A stretch of DNA of 61,336 nt, the filler included, from an uncultured Methanosarcinales archaeon (lineage in GTDB: Archaea > Nanobdellota > Nanobdellia > Woesearchaeales > CAIVOO01): NCBI GenBank assembly GCA_964485195.1. It is 5 parts of 5 records of this genome, joined end to end, with 100 filler letters (N's around TTAATTAATTAA, not from the genome) between each part and the next. Parts side by side here need not be neighbours in the genome. Positions count along the whole stretch, not along the records: positions 1 to 23,503 come from CAZAIK010000002.1; 4 more parts are not named here. The stretch is one strand, 5' to 3'. This document shows positions 10,181 to 20,159 of the stretch, one piece after another. Position 1 is the first letter of the stretch, and the number at the start of each line of letters is the position of its first letter. A program made the position numbers and the translations under genes. A model generated the notes under the pieces. The model worked only from the letters and a program-made list of their open reading frames with translations, was not told where the DNA came from and ran no database searches.

Positions 10181-10668
10181 GCAGAAACAAGGCTTCCCGC
10201 TACTTTCTTGATGGCAATTTTCCCTTTCAGGACTTTCTCCTTTACCTTTTCAGACAAGCCCTCCCCAACTTCCTCTTTTACCTTGTCAAACAGTTTCCTT
10301 ATCTGCTTGTATGCAAAAAGCGCAGAGGCCATCGCGTCCCTCTCGTGCTTGTTGTTAATCTTGATGAAATCTTTTTGTTTCTTCAGCCATTCATCCACCA
10401 GCCTTGTTTTCTTGTTCAGGGGCAGTGTTTTCTCAGGGACAAACAGGACTGCCCCAAGCTTCCTGGAAATATTGCCAACCACTTTCGGAGGGGGCGAAAC
10501 ATCGCAGGAGATTACCAGAATCCTGCCTGTTTTCACGAGTTCTGAGATGACCTTGCTGGAAGAAATGTTCCTCTCTGATTCTACCTTTATAAAATTCCCT
10601 TCTGTGTCAAAGACAGCATAAGCAGTGGTAGTGCCAGGATCCACCCCGACAATCAGCATATTCTTCAT
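10177..10668 (-). CDS. DUF460-like protein (RNase H-like fold)
   Basis: IVGVDPGTTTAYAV, D..PPP..V, HERDA.A.A motifs. Confidence 0.85.
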   Translation of the reverse strand: MKNMLIVGVDPGTTTAYAVFDTEGNFIKVESERNISSSKVISELVKTGRILVISCDVSPPPKVVGNISRKLGAVLFVPEKTLPLNKKTRLVDEWLKKQKDFIKINNKHERDAMASALFAYKQIRKLFDKVKEEVGEGLSEKVKEKVLKGKIAIKKVAGSLVSA

Positions 10669-10752
10669 CTGCCAATGCTAATATTCCTGTTTATTTTAAA
10701 CTTTTTCCAAATTAACGGCAATCTTTAAAAAACTGGAAATAATTAACAGACT

Positions 10753-11124
10753 ATGATTTACACGCCTTCAAAAAACCCGAAGGAGGTTTTTGTTCTCATA
10801 ACCATTGTGGTTCTTGCGGGAATACTGGGATCGACGTTCCTTAGCAACTTTTTTGTTGTGGCGGCTTTATTGTTCTGGATTCAGTTCACGGCAGTCCTGT
10901 CCTACCTCCAGTTCAGCAAGAAGAGAAAATACAAAATCAAAAGTATAACAACGTTTTTGCTCAACCCCCAGCTCAGGTTTTTCATCTTCATATTCATAGC
11001 GGTCGTGGGCCTTTTTTCCATTTTTTATATCTCTCCTGTGATTGCCTACATCTGCCTGGTTGCGTGGTGGCTGTTCTCATTCAATTTTTACAGGCATTAC
11101 AGCGAGTTTAAAATAAGAAAATAA
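10753..11124 (+). CDS. Four-TM membrane protein
   Basis: Four hydrophobic segments; TATA-like TTTAAAAA about 25 nt upstream. Confidence 0.7.
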   Translation: MIYTPSKNPKEVFVLITIVVLAGILGSTFLSNFFVVAALLFWIQFTAVLSYLQFSKKRKYKIKSITTFLLNPQLRFFIFIFIAVVGLFSIFYISPVIAYICLVAWWLFSFNFYRHYSEFKIRK

Positions 11125-11190
11125 GTCTTTTAAACCGCAACTTTAATAAATAAAAACCTCCCTTTTTTAAATTAAAAGAGGTGGCTATAA

Positions 11191-13032
11191 TTGGCATTTC
11201 CATTTTTCGGCAAAAAAGAGGCAAAAGAAGGGGGAGCAGGGGCAGTCAGCCTTCAAAATATGCCCTCTTCACCTGATTCTGGGAAAAAAGCCCCGGAAAT
11301 GCCCGAAACAAAGGGCGAAGTCCCTGAAGAAATGGCTCCAAAAGGGCTTTCTGCTGAAAAAAGGCCTGCTTCTGGTTCTGAGCTGGAGATTCCGGAAACA
11401 GAGGTGCCTGAGGAAGAGCCTGAAGAGCTAAAGCCGGAAGCCCGGAAAAAGCCCCCCTCTCCAAAGGAGGCTGCAGGCGCAAAAAGCAAGTACGAATCCT
11501 TTTATCTTGACCTGAGGCCCAAGTTCGTGAAACTCCCGCCTATGGAGGAAAAGACAAAGATTAACGTCAGGTACCCGCTGATACCCCCCTTTGCATTTGC
11601 GCACATATTCTGGGACGCTGAGAACAAGGAGCTGGTTTATTTCGTGGAAGAGCCACTGATGAGTCCTGCGGAGAAGGAACTGCTGGAGCTTGTGCAGGCA
11701 GGGCTTGAGGAGATGCTTAACATCTCTTATGTCAGGGCAACTAACGCAAACCTGCTGATTAACTATCTTGAGCAGAACATACAGTCCATTCTTGTGGAGC
11801 TTGGAACAAAGGTTTCCAAGGAGACCTATGAAAAGCTTCTTTATTATGTCATCAGGGATTCAATAGGTCTCAACCAGATAGAGCCTTTGATGAGGGATTA
11901 TTACATTGAGGACATAGAGTGCAACGGGGACAATTACCCTCTTTACATCGTTCACAGGAAATACGCAAACATGAGAACCAATGTGATTTATGAAAAAAGG
12001 GATGATTTGGTTAATTTTGTTGAAAAACTCTCACAGAAAGCAGGAAGATATGTCTCTTATGCCAGGCCCCTCCTTGACGGAGCCCTGCCCGACGGCTCAA
12101 GAGTAAATGCAACTTACACAGAGGATGTTACCACAAGAGGGCCCAGCTTTACCATAAGGAAGTTCACAAAAGAGCCCTGGACTCCTGTCCATCTCCTGTC
12201 ATTCGGCACGGTGAATGCAGAAGCGCTCGCTTACTTATGGCTTGCAGTTGAAAACAAGGCAAACCTGATGTTCATAGGAGAGACTGCTTCAGGCAAGACC
12301 ACTTTCATGAACGCAATCTCCCAGTTCATACCCCCTGAAGCAAGAATCTGTTCAATTGAGGACACAAGGGAATTGAACCTTCCGCACATCAACTGGCTGC
12401 CTTCAGTCACAAGGGAAGGATTTGGAATACCAACAGTGCTGGGAACACAATACGGAGAGATAACATTGTTCGACCTGCTGAAGGAAACATTCAGGCAGGC
12501 CCCTGACTACGTCATTCTTGGAGAGACAAGGGGGGAGGAGACATATGTCCTTTTCCAGGGAATGGCGTCAGGCCATCCCAGCCTTGCCACTTTCCACGCA
12601 GGCAGCGTGGAGACGATGGTGAGAAGGTTTGAAACCCCTCCCATAAATCTTTCACCCTCGCTTGTTTCATCACTTGATGTTGTAGTGGTGGTAACCCACG
12701 TTAAAACACCTGAAAAGTCATTCAGGAGGATGAGAAGCTTTGTGGAAATACTGGATGTGTCAGAGGAAATAGGAAAGGTAAATTCAAATATGCTGTTCAG
12801 CTGGGACTCTGCCAAGGACGAGTTCCAGTTCAACGACAAATCGTTGATGCTGCAGAAGATAAGCAAGAACACGGGCAGGAGCATAGAAGACCTTCAGAAT
12901 GAGATAAAGCAAAGGGCTGCCCTGCTTAACAGGATGCTGGAAAAGGGAGTGATAAACTTCAAGGAAACCTCAAAGATAATAAATGCTTACTACAAAGACA
13001 AGAAAGGCACGCTTAAGCAATTCGGAATATGA
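11191..13032 (+). CDS. Type IV pilus assembly ATPase (TadA/VirB11/ArlI family)
   Basis: Walker A GETASGKTT, SIEDTREL, PDY..LGE.RG.E, GH...T.HA; LPDGSRVNAT; TTG start with GAGGTGG SD. Confidence 0.95.
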   Translation: MAFPFFGKKEAKEGGAGAVSLQNMPSSPDSGKKAPEMPETKGEVPEEMAPKGLSAEKRPASGSELEIPETEVPEEEPEELKPEARKKPPSPKEAAGAKSKYESFYLDLRPKFVKLPPMEEKTKINVRYPLIPPFAFAHIFWDAENKELVYFVEEPLMSPAEKELLELVQAGLEEMLNISYVRATNANLLINYLEQNIQSILVELGTKVSKETYEKLLYYVIRDSIGLNQIEPLMRDYYIEDIECNGDNYPLYIVHRKYANMRTNVIYEKRDDLVNFVEKLSQKAGRYVSYARPLLDGALPDGSRVNATYTEDVTTRGPSFTIRKFTKEPWTPVHLLSFGTVNAEALAYLWLAVENKANLMFIGETASGKTTFMNAISQFIPPEARICSIEDTRELNLPHINWLPSVTREGFGIPTVLGTQYGEITLFDLLKETFRQAPDYVILGETRGEETYVLFQGMASGHPSLATFHAGSVETMVRRFETPPINLSPSLVSSLDVVVVVTHVKTPEKSFRRMRSFVEILDVSEEIGKVNSNMLFSWDSAKDEFQFNDKSLMLQKISKNTGRSIEDLQNEIKQRAALLNRMLEKGVINFKETSKIINAYYKDKKGTLKQFGI

Positions 13033-13241
13033 AAGAGGAACTTGAACATTTGAGGGGGAACTTTGAAAGGCTTAAGGAGATAGGGGAGCTTTACGAAGAG
13101 CTGATGTCCAGGGACCTGAGAAAAAGCAGGGAGCTGGAAGAGGCAATAACAAGGTACAAGGCGCTGAAAAACCAGGCCCTAAAGCTGTCCCTGAATTCAA
13201 GGAAGCTGATAAAAAAAATAGAGTCAGAAGACATTCCATGA
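13029..13241 (+). CDS. Small helical charged protein in the pilus operon
   Basis: ATGA overlap with ATPase; fills the gap before the platform gene. Confidence 0.65.
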   Translation: MKEELEHLRGNFERLKEIGELYEELMSRDLRKSRELEEAITRYKALKNQALKLSLNSRKLIKKIESEDIP

Positions 13242-13248
13242 ATGCAAC

Positions 13249-14946
13249 ATGCAAGAAACACGAAAAACAGCTGAGCAGATTCTTGAGCTCATCAAAGAGG
13301 CGGAACAGTACAGCAAGTACAGGGAAGGTCTGAGTAAAAAGATTTCCAGGCTTTTTCAGGAATACCAGAAGGGAAATTACACATATTTCCAGTACAAGGA
13401 GCTTCTCTCCAAACTCGCCAGGGGAAAGTCCAAGAGGGACTGGGAGGAATATTACACTTCTTATCTCTACCAGATTATGAAAAAGATAGAGCTGCTGAAT
13501 GACAAGCTTTTCTATAATGTTCACGAGGACAAGTCGTGGCAGGACCTTGACGTGAAAGGAAGCCCCCAGGTCAGGGTTGAAGAAAGCCAATCAGGGAAAA
13601 AGAAGAGGACAGCTATGGAAATTCCGCGAGCCAAGGAAGCTGAAGCAGAGATTCCCGCGAAAAAGGCGGAAAAAAAGAAGCCTAAGGCTGAAGAAATGCC
13701 TCCTGCGCCCGGGATTGAGGAGGAGAAAACACCTGTCAAATTAAAAGTGCCGTCCCCTTCGATAGATGCGGAAAGGCAGCCTTTCTTTATCATAGCACTA
13801 TGGAGGGACTTGAAGCACTGGTATAAATTATGGAGGCAAAAGCCGATATCCTCAACAATACTGGAGGGAACTAAAAAGCTTTTCAGGCTGAAAGAGGAGG
13901 GCTATCTTGGGGAAAAGGTTACTGTCCCGAAGGAGGTTGTCACTTTCAGGAAAAAGCCAGCCCCGCTTTTTGAAGAGAAAGTTTCCAAGTCAGCAATTGC
14001 TGAAGAGGCCACGAGGATAAAGAGGATAATAGAGCAAAGAAGGGAGCTTGAGCCCTACAAGCCGTCATTCTTTGGCTCTATCGCCAACCTTACAATAAGG
14101 AGAGCTAGCTTTTACCTGATTGACTCCTTTCCTGAATTCTTCAGGTACCTGTATAACTCGTTAAGGCTGGCAAACATAAAGATGCTCTCAAACACCTACG
14201 TGAATGTTATGGTGTTCATCTCGTTGCTGGCGATGATTGTGACCTTTCCCCTTTTCATAATCTTCTTCACGCTGCTGGAAAATCCCTTCGCACTCATACT
14301 CATAAAATCAGTGTTGTTGTCCTTGGTGGCAGGAGCAATATCCTTTTTCGGATTTTATTACTATCCTTTCGGCAAGCTCTCCCAGAGAGCAAAGAATATG
14401 AATGCCAACCTGCCCTTTGCCATAAATCATATGTCTGCTGTGGCCGCATCAGGAGTTCCGCCTGTTAAGATGTTCAGGCTAATAGCGCAGTCCCAGGAGT
14501 ACGGGGAAATATCCAAGGAAGTTGAGAAAATTGTTGAATATGTTTCAATATTCGGGTATGACCTTATCACAGCCCTTAAGTCAGTTGCGGCAATCACTCC
14601 CTCCCCTGAATTCAAGGAATATCTTGACGGGATGGTCAGCAATGTTGAGAGCGGCTCTGACATAAAGGTTTACATGAATGAGAAGTCAAAAGAGGCGTTG
14701 CTTGAGTATGAGCTGGAAAGGCAGAAATATGCAGAGACAATATCCACCTATTCAGACATTTACACAGGAATTTTGATAGCTGCCCCTCTCTTTTTCGTGG
14801 CAGCATTGTCACTTGTAGGCATATTGGGAGGAGCTGTTGGGGGAATTCCCATAGACGCGCTGATAGTGATGGGCACTTACATAATTATCCCCCTGCTAAA
14901 CATAGGTTTCATCATTTTCCTGCAGTTCACGCAGCCGGAGATATAA
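13249..14946 (+). CDS. Type IV pilus membrane platform protein (TadC/ArlJ, T2SS-F domain) with long N-terminal extension
   Basis: NLPFAINHM..A.SG.PP, EYGEISKE, G.D...AL, TPS..F; C-terminal TMs. Confidence 0.92.
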   Translation: MQETRKTAEQILELIKEAEQYSKYREGLSKKISRLFQEYQKGNYTYFQYKELLSKLARGKSKRDWEEYYTSYLYQIMKKIELLNDKLFYNVHEDKSWQDLDVKGSPQVRVEESQSGKKKRTAMEIPRAKEAEAEIPAKKAEKKKPKAEEMPPAPGIEEEKTPVKLKVPSPSIDAERQPFFIIALWRDLKHWYKLWRQKPISSTILEGTKKLFRLKEEGYLGEKVTVPKEVVTFRKKPAPLFEEKVSKSAIAEEATRIKRIIEQRRELEPYKPSFFGSIANLTIRRASFYLIDSFPEFFRYLYNSLRLANIKMLSNTYVNVMVFISLLAMIVTFPLFIIFFTLLENPFALILIKSVLLSLVAGAISFFGFYYYPFGKLSQRAKNMNANLPFAINHMSAVAASGVPPVKMFRLIAQSQEYGEISKEVEKIVEYVSIFGYDLITALKSVAAITPSPEFKEYLDGMVSNVESGSDIKVYMNEKSKEALLEYELERQKYAETISTYSDIYTGILIAAPLFFVAALSLVGILGGAVGGIPIDALIVMGTYIIIPLLNIGFIIFLQFTQPEI

Positions 14947-14947
14947 A

Positions 14948-15877
14948 ATGGCAAAGAAAAGATTTTACGAGGAATGGAAGCCTTACACGCCCACGGCAGT
15001 AATCGCCGCATTTGTTTTCATAATAGACCTTACTTTTTTCTTGGGCACTCCCTGGTTCTTCCCCCTCATAGTTCTTACAGTGGGCATCGCAATCTCACCC
15101 TGGTGGCTCAAGTTCTTCCTGGCCCTCCAGAGGCAGAAGGAAATAGAATCAAGATTCCCTGATTTTGTGAGGAATCTTGCCGGCTCCATAAAGTCGGGAA
15201 TGCCCGCTCCAAGGGCAATAATGCACGTCGCCACGATTGATTACGGAGCCCTTTCGCCGTATGTGAGAAAGCTGGCCAACCAGGTAGAGTGGTCTGTTCC
15301 CCTGCACAAGGCACTATTGATTTTCGCAAGGGACACCAGGAATCCTGTCATAAGAAGGGCGATATCCTCTGTTATCGAGGCTGAGATGAGCGGGGGCAAC
15401 ATTGAGGACGTGCTTGAGTCAGTAACCTCCTCTGTTGTGGAGATAAAAAAACTAAAGCAGAGGAGGAGGGCTGCCACGCATTCCCAGGTCGTGCAGAGCT
15501 ATGTCATTTTCACTGTTTTCATAATCGTGATGATAATCATCCAGAACCTACTGGTGCCTTACATCCAGGGGCTGGAGCAGCAAGGAATAGAAGGGGCTGC
15601 AGCGCCTGCAGGTGTTTCCCTAACAGGAGGCTTGGGAGGGTTGAGGCTAAAGGTCGACCTGGACACTTCATCGCTTCCCGCCTTTATAGGCACGCTCCAG
15701 CAATGGTTCACCAGCCTTTTCGGAATATTCCTTATGGTGGCAGTAATCCAGGCGTTGTTCGCAGGCCTGGTGATAGGCAAGCTTTCAGAAGGGGCGATAG
15801 GCTACGGAGTGAAGCATTCTCTGGTGCTGATGATACTTGCGTTCTTCGTGATATCGCTCGCGCAGGGCTTTGCCTGA
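14948..15877 (+). CDS. Second type IV pilus platform protein (TadB/TadC, T2SS-F domain)
   Basis: E..FPDFVR.L.....SG, YG.LS, SGG....VL, QA.F.GL..GK..EG....G.KH. Confidence 0.92.
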   Translation: MAKKRFYEEWKPYTPTAVIAAFVFIIDLTFFLGTPWFFPLIVLTVGIAISPWWLKFFLALQRQKEIESRFPDFVRNLAGSIKSGMPAPRAIMHVATIDYGALSPYVRKLANQVEWSVPLHKALLIFARDTRNPVIRRAISSVIEAEMSGGNIEDVLESVTSSVVEIKKLKQRRRAATHSQVVQSYVIFTVFIIVMIIIQNLLVPYIQGLEQQGIEGAAAPAGVSLTGGLGGLRLKVDLDTSSLPAFIGTLQQWFTSLFGIFLMVAVIQALFAGLVIGKLSEGAIGYGVKHSLVLMILAFFVISLAQGFA

Positions 15878-16003
15878 GAAAGATTTAAAAGCGATTTATT
15901 TTTACATAGCTATGTGTGCTGAGAAGCCTGATGAAGACAACAGCAGGGAGATGAGACTTTGTCAATGACCTTTTGTGCTGGCTGAAGGCTTCTCTCTTTT
16001 AAA

Positions 16004-16795
16004 ATGAAAATAGAATTGTCACTGAAAAAATCACTTGAGAAGAACGCTGCTGGCTATTTTGAAAAGGCCAAGAAGCTGAAGAAAAAGATTGCAGGAGCAG
16101 AGCAGACAGTTGCAGAGCAGAAGAAAAGGCTTGAGGAGCTCAAAAAAAACAGGGACATCGTACTGGAAAAGGAAAGGCAAAAGCAGGTTCAGGAAGAGCT
16201 CAAAAAACAGAGGAAAGAGGAGAAAGCGTGGTATGAGAAGTTCCACTGGTTCTTCACCTCTGAAGGATTTCTCTGCATCGGGGGAAAGGACGCAACAACA
16301 AATGAGATCGTGGTGAAAAAACACGCTGAAAAGGATGACCTTATTTTCCATACAGAAGAGCCGGGAAGCCCTTTTGTGGTTTTGAAATGCAAGGACAAAA
16401 AATGCGGGAAGGTCTCTGTCCAGGAGGCTGCACAGCAATGCGCAGTTTATTCAAATGCCTGGAAGAGGGGCTTTGCCCCTGTTGTTTATTACGTGAATCC
16501 GGAGCAGGTCACCAAGCAGGCAAAAGGCGGGGAGTATGTTCCCAAAGGGGCATTTATGGTTTACGGAAGCAGGAATTATGTCAAGGATTTCCAGATGAGG
16601 CTGGCGATAGGAATAAAGGATGACAAGGTGATTGGAGGGCCTGTCACTGCAATTGACAGGCAGACAAAAAATTATGTCATAATTCACATGGGTGATACCA
16701 GGAAATCCGAGCTTGCAAAGAAGATACAGCGGAAAATAGGGGGGGATGCTGAGGAAATAATACAATTCCTTCCGGGCGACGGTGACTTTGAATGA
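16004..16795 (+). CDS. NFACT RNA-binding domain protein (short Rqc2/NEMF homolog)
   Basis: NA..YFEKAKKLKKK..GA, WYEKFHWF.TS.G.L..GGKDA.TNE, QV.K....GEY.PKGAFMVYG.RNY. Confidence 0.9.
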   Translation: MKIELSLKKSLEKNAAGYFEKAKKLKKKIAGAEQTVAEQKKRLEELKKNRDIVLEKERQKQVQEELKKQRKEEKAWYEKFHWFFTSEGFLCIGGKDATTNEIVVKKHAEKDDLIFHTEEPGSPFVVLKCKDKKCGKVSVQEAAQQCAVYSNAWKRGFAPVVYYVNPEQVTKQAKGGEYVPKGAFMVYGSRNYVKDFQMRLAIGIKDDKVIGGPVTAIDRQTKNYVIIHMGDTRKSELAKKIQRKIGGDAEEIIQFLPGDGDFE

Positions 16796-17598
16796 TTATT
16801 AAAAGAAACAAGAAATCCCACAAGGGCGAGAACGGCAAGGTTTTGGCGGTGGGCGGCTCAAAAGAGTATGCCGGCGCGATTGCGCTGGCAGGCATCGCCG
16901 CATTGAGGGCGGGCTGCGACCTGGTCACGGTCTGCGCTCCTGAAAAAGTGGCCTGGGCAGTAAATTCCCTTTATCCTGACCTGATAACAGTGAAGTTCAG
17001 GGGTGATTATCTGAATGAAAGGCACGCTGACAAAATAATAAAGTTAAGCAAGGACAGCGATGTTGTGCTGATGGGAAACGGAATGGCCCTGAAGTCAGCA
17101 AAGCTGGCCAGAAAACTGGTCAAGAATATAGACAATCCTTTTGTTCTTGACGCTGACGCGATAAAGGCAGTGAAAATTCAGGACGTGAAGAACTCAATCC
17201 TCACTCCGCACGAAAAGGAACTAGAGATTTTACTGGAAAATTCAGGTTATGCGAATATTAACAGGCTGAAAAGCAGAAAGATGAAGGCGAAGCACCTGCA
17301 AAAAATTGTTGGCACTAATGTTATCCTCCTGAAAGGCCCCACTGATTATGTAATTTCAGCCAAAAAAATCAGGGTGAACAGGACAGGCAATCCGGGAATG
17401 ACCAAGGGAGGGACAGGAGACGTGCTTGCAGGAATCTGCGCAGGCTTCCTTGCCCAGACTAAAAAGCCTTTTTATTCTGCACAAAAATCGTCAGAGATTA
17501 ACGGAAGGATTGCAAACATTCTCCTGCAGAAAAAGAAAGGCTATTATTATCTTGCTTCTGACATGGTTGAGGAGCTGGAAAAAATGAAGGTTATATGA
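16792..17598 (+). CDS. nnrD: NAD(P)H-hydrate dehydratase (YjeF C-terminal domain)
   Basis: R...SHKG.NG.V...GGS..Y.GA, VLDADA, LTPH..E, LLKG..D, GNPGM..GGTGDVLAG. Confidence 0.93.
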   Translation: MIIKRNKKSHKGENGKVLAVGGSKEYAGAIALAGIAALRAGCDLVTVCAPEKVAWAVNSLYPDLITVKFRGDYLNERHADKIIKLSKDSDVVLMGNGMALKSAKLARKLVKNIDNPFVLDADAIKAVKIQDVKNSILTPHEKELEILLENSGYANINRLKSRKMKAKHLQKIVGTNVILLKGPTDYVISAKKIRVNRTGNPGMTKGGTGDVLAGICAGFLAQTKKPFYSAQKSSEINGRIANILLQKKKGYYYLASDMVEELEKMKVI

Positions 17599-17791
17599 AG
17601 TTAAAGAAATATCATCTCAGTTTTGTCCGCATAAGCCCTTCCTCTATTTTCTCGCGTAGCTCCTTTTCGCGATTCTCAGCTTCTTCCTTCTCCTTCGCGG
17701 TGTCCAGCTTAATGCGCATTTTAGGCAACTTATCAGTAAGATCAATGAAAGTTCCTTTATAAATGTTGGCTATATAATATATAAACAGGAT

Positions 17792-18574
17792 TTATTCCAG
17801 TTCACACTTTTCCTTGATCCTGCTGTATATTTCATATGCCTCGGGATTTTCCCTTTCCAGAACCTTTTCCACCCTTGGCAGGAACTCTCCCTGTGCAAGG
17901 TAAGGGTAGAATTCTCCCCAGTTCTTTGTTGCATACATGCAGACCTTTCCCCCCTGCTTGTCTGCGAGCAGCGGGATTCCGACTGATTGTTCTTTTGCTT
18001 CAGGTGCCATACCCTCCCACATCTTTATTTCGTAATAACCTAGTTGCATTCCTTCTTTTTCAGCTTCTTCAGGGGTGTATTCCTTGTGAATGATGTTGTC
18101 ATAGGCATTGTGCAGGACTCTTAATTCTTCCTCGCTGAGTCCTGCCATTTCCTTGTGGAATCTCTCGTGGGGAAGCGCCTCTGTAAAGTCAGGGTTTTTG
18201 CTTGTTAGAATGGATTCCCTGAATATTATTATGTCAGGTTTTGTTAAAATTTTTTCATAATGCCTGATGTCATTCCTGGAGAAACCCTCCTGCATAAGCC
18301 TTTTCCTGAACTCTTCCTGCTCTTTCCGGGTGTCCAGGAAGTTCTTTGTGATGTAGCCACCCACAGGAGCATTAGACATATTTGAGCAGGAGCAGGATAT
18401 TGTTTCTGCGTAAGCATCAAAAACCCTGTTGGGCAGGATGTGCTCATCCTCCCTAAGAAACCTTGTGTAATTATTTGGGTCATAGGTGGTTATTTCTGTG
18501 TTTTTAATGCAGCTGTTCGCTGACAGGGTCAGCGCCAGACTTCCTATGTCCTTTAAAAACTGCCTTCTGTGCAT
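17792..18574 (-). CDS. Putative twin-arginine lipoprotein with HExxH metallopeptidase motif
   Basis: Restarted at 18574: MHRRQFLK..SLAL.LSANSC; HERFH followed downstream by WGEFY. Confidence 0.65.
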   Translation of the reverse strand: MHRRQFLKDIGSLALTLSANSCIKNTEITTYDPNNYTRFLREDEHILPNRVFDAYAETISCSCSNMSNAPVGGYITKNFLDTRKEQEEFRKRLMQEGFSRNDIRHYEKILTKPDIIIFRESILTSKNPDFTEALPHERFHKEMAGLSEEELRVLHNAYDNIIHKEYTPEEAEKEGMQLGYYEIKMWEGMAPEAKEQSVGIPLLADKQGGKVCMYATKNWGEFYPYLAQGEFLPRVEKVLERENPEAYEIYSRIKEKCELE

Positions 18575-18680
18575 CTTGCATATATTAGCGTTATTGGATT
18601 TATAAACCTTTCGGTTATTAACCACCAGAGAGTGACGAAAATAAAAAGATTTAAAAAGGGGCAGAGAATAATTAAGAAAT

Positions 18681-19373
18681 ATGAACAGTGAAAAAGACAT
18701 TCCAGAAGCAGATTTTGAAGAAGAGCCCAGGATTTATTTTGCAGACAGTTTGATAGCAGCCTACAGTGTTTTTCGCGACCAGGTTTACAACCCTGTGTCA
18801 GTTTTGCACCCTTCCTGCGGGTTTGACGCAAGCCCTGCAAGGGTTTTCAATAAAGTAACTTTTGTGGATGCTGAAGAGGGAAATGAAGGCTGCATAAAAC
18901 AGCTTCAGGAAGCTGGCTTTAATGCATTAAAGCAGGACATAAGGGATTACTCTCCTGAAACGCTGCACGACTTGCTTATTTTATTGAATCCTGCCATACC
19001 AACAGAATGGGCATCAAGGCACCTGAAAACAGGAGGCTATGTTCTTTCAAACAATTATCACGGGAATGCCTCTGAAATGCATAACAGTCCTGAATTCACC
19101 TTATGGGGCGTGATTGAAGATGAAAAAGAGCCGGCAATCTCAAGGGAGTTGGAAGACTTGTTCCAGCCGGTAAAGGGTGCTGAGGATTTCAGGAGATTGA
19201 GGCAGGAAGATTTTGAGTTTACCAGGGACACGGTCCTTCATTTTGCTGAACAGGGCATCATAAAAGTAGATCCTGATGCAGATTTTGAGCAAAAATGGGC
19301 TGTTTACAGGGAAGAGCTGAGAGAGGGGATGCCTTACAAAAGAGTTGCTGATTTTTACATTTTTCTCAAGTAA
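18681..19373 (+). CDS. Hypothetical protein, possible SAM-methyltransferase-like fold
   Basis: VLHPSCG.D, VTFVD, DI, DLLIL.NP, LK.GG.V pattern. Confidence 0.55.
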   Translation: MNSEKDIPEADFEEEPRIYFADSLIAAYSVFRDQVYNPVSVLHPSCGFDASPARVFNKVTFVDAEEGNEGCIKQLQEAGFNALKQDIRDYSPETLHDLLILLNPAIPTEWASRHLKTGGYVLSNNYHGNASEMHNSPEFTLWGVIEDEKEPAISRELEDLFQPVKGAEDFRRLRQEDFEFTRDTVLHFAEQGIIKVDPDADFEQKWAVYREELREGMPYKRVADFYIFLK

Positions 19374-20159
19374 TCAGCCGCCTGCGCTGGCGTATTTCTT
19401 CATGGCAGCTTTCCATACTCCTATTGAAACAAGCAGGAATACGATTACAGGGATGACTGTCCATATCAAGTCAATAAGGGAATACCCCCTGATTAATGCT
19501 ATGGAAGGGCCTGTAGCTGTTATCGTTACTGGTACCAAAAAAGCGACAAAGAATCTCATCCCGTAGCTGTAGATTGAGGAGGGATATCTGGCTATGTCCA
19601 TTATCTGGAAGAATATGTTGAACAGCCCGAATGACTCAATGAAAAGGAAAGACAGGGAAGCTATTATTACAATTACTGAATACGTGAACACAAGCGCAAG
19701 GGCAAGGATTAAGAGGAACAGGAGGAAATTGACTGAGATTATGGGGATGCTGAGCTTTACCATTGAGTATGCAATTATGACTAATCCAACAAAAGTCTCC
19801 CCAAGCCCTTCCGGATCCCAGGATGTAAGACTCAAATAAGTCAATGGCTTGTAGGGCTTTGTCAGGAACCTGTCAAAAGTGCCCTCCCTAACTTCATAAA
19901 CCGTTCTCCAGGCAATGGCAACCTGGGAGAAATGCATAAGCCCCATAACAAGGATGAAAACCCCCTGGAGAAGGAGAAACTGCTCAAAGCTCCAGCCCGG
20001 AATCCCTGCAGTTGTGGTGTAAATGACAGTTGTTATTATGGGGCCCACAAAATCAGCAACCATTAACGCAATTACCTTTATTATGAAGTTGGCCTTGTAT
20101 GCCATCTCCTTGTTAAATGCCAGTGCCAGTGATTTCAATACCAAAGCTGTCCTGCTCAT
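19374..20159 (-). CDS. ABC-2 family permease (DUF990-like)
   Basis: Y+ANF, IPGWS, V.EG.FD..L.KP, YP.SIY; about six TMs. Confidence 0.9.
   Translation of the reverse strand: MSRTALVLKSLALAFNKEMAYKANFIIKVIALMVADFVGPIITTVIYTTTAGIPGWSFEQFLLLQGVFILVMGLMHFSQVAIAWRTVYEVREGTFDRFLTKPYKPLTYLSLTSWDPEGLGETFVGLVIIAYSMVKLSIPIISVNFLLFLLILALALVFTYSVIVIIASLSFLFIESFGLFNIFFQIMDIARYPSSIYSYGMRFFVAFLVPVTITATGPSIALIRGYSLIDLIWTVIPVIVFLLVSIGVWKAAMKKYASAGG

Noticed and set aside
7228..15877. Archaellum operon
   Set aside because: No ArlH/F/G-like genes recognised; two Tad-like platform genes fit a pilus better.
15912..16002. Tiny ORF upstream of the NFACT gene
   Set aside because: Only 18 codons before a stop; a frameshifted remnant is possible but unsupported.
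17612..17719. 35-aa charged minus-strand ORF
   Set aside because: No motif or context support.
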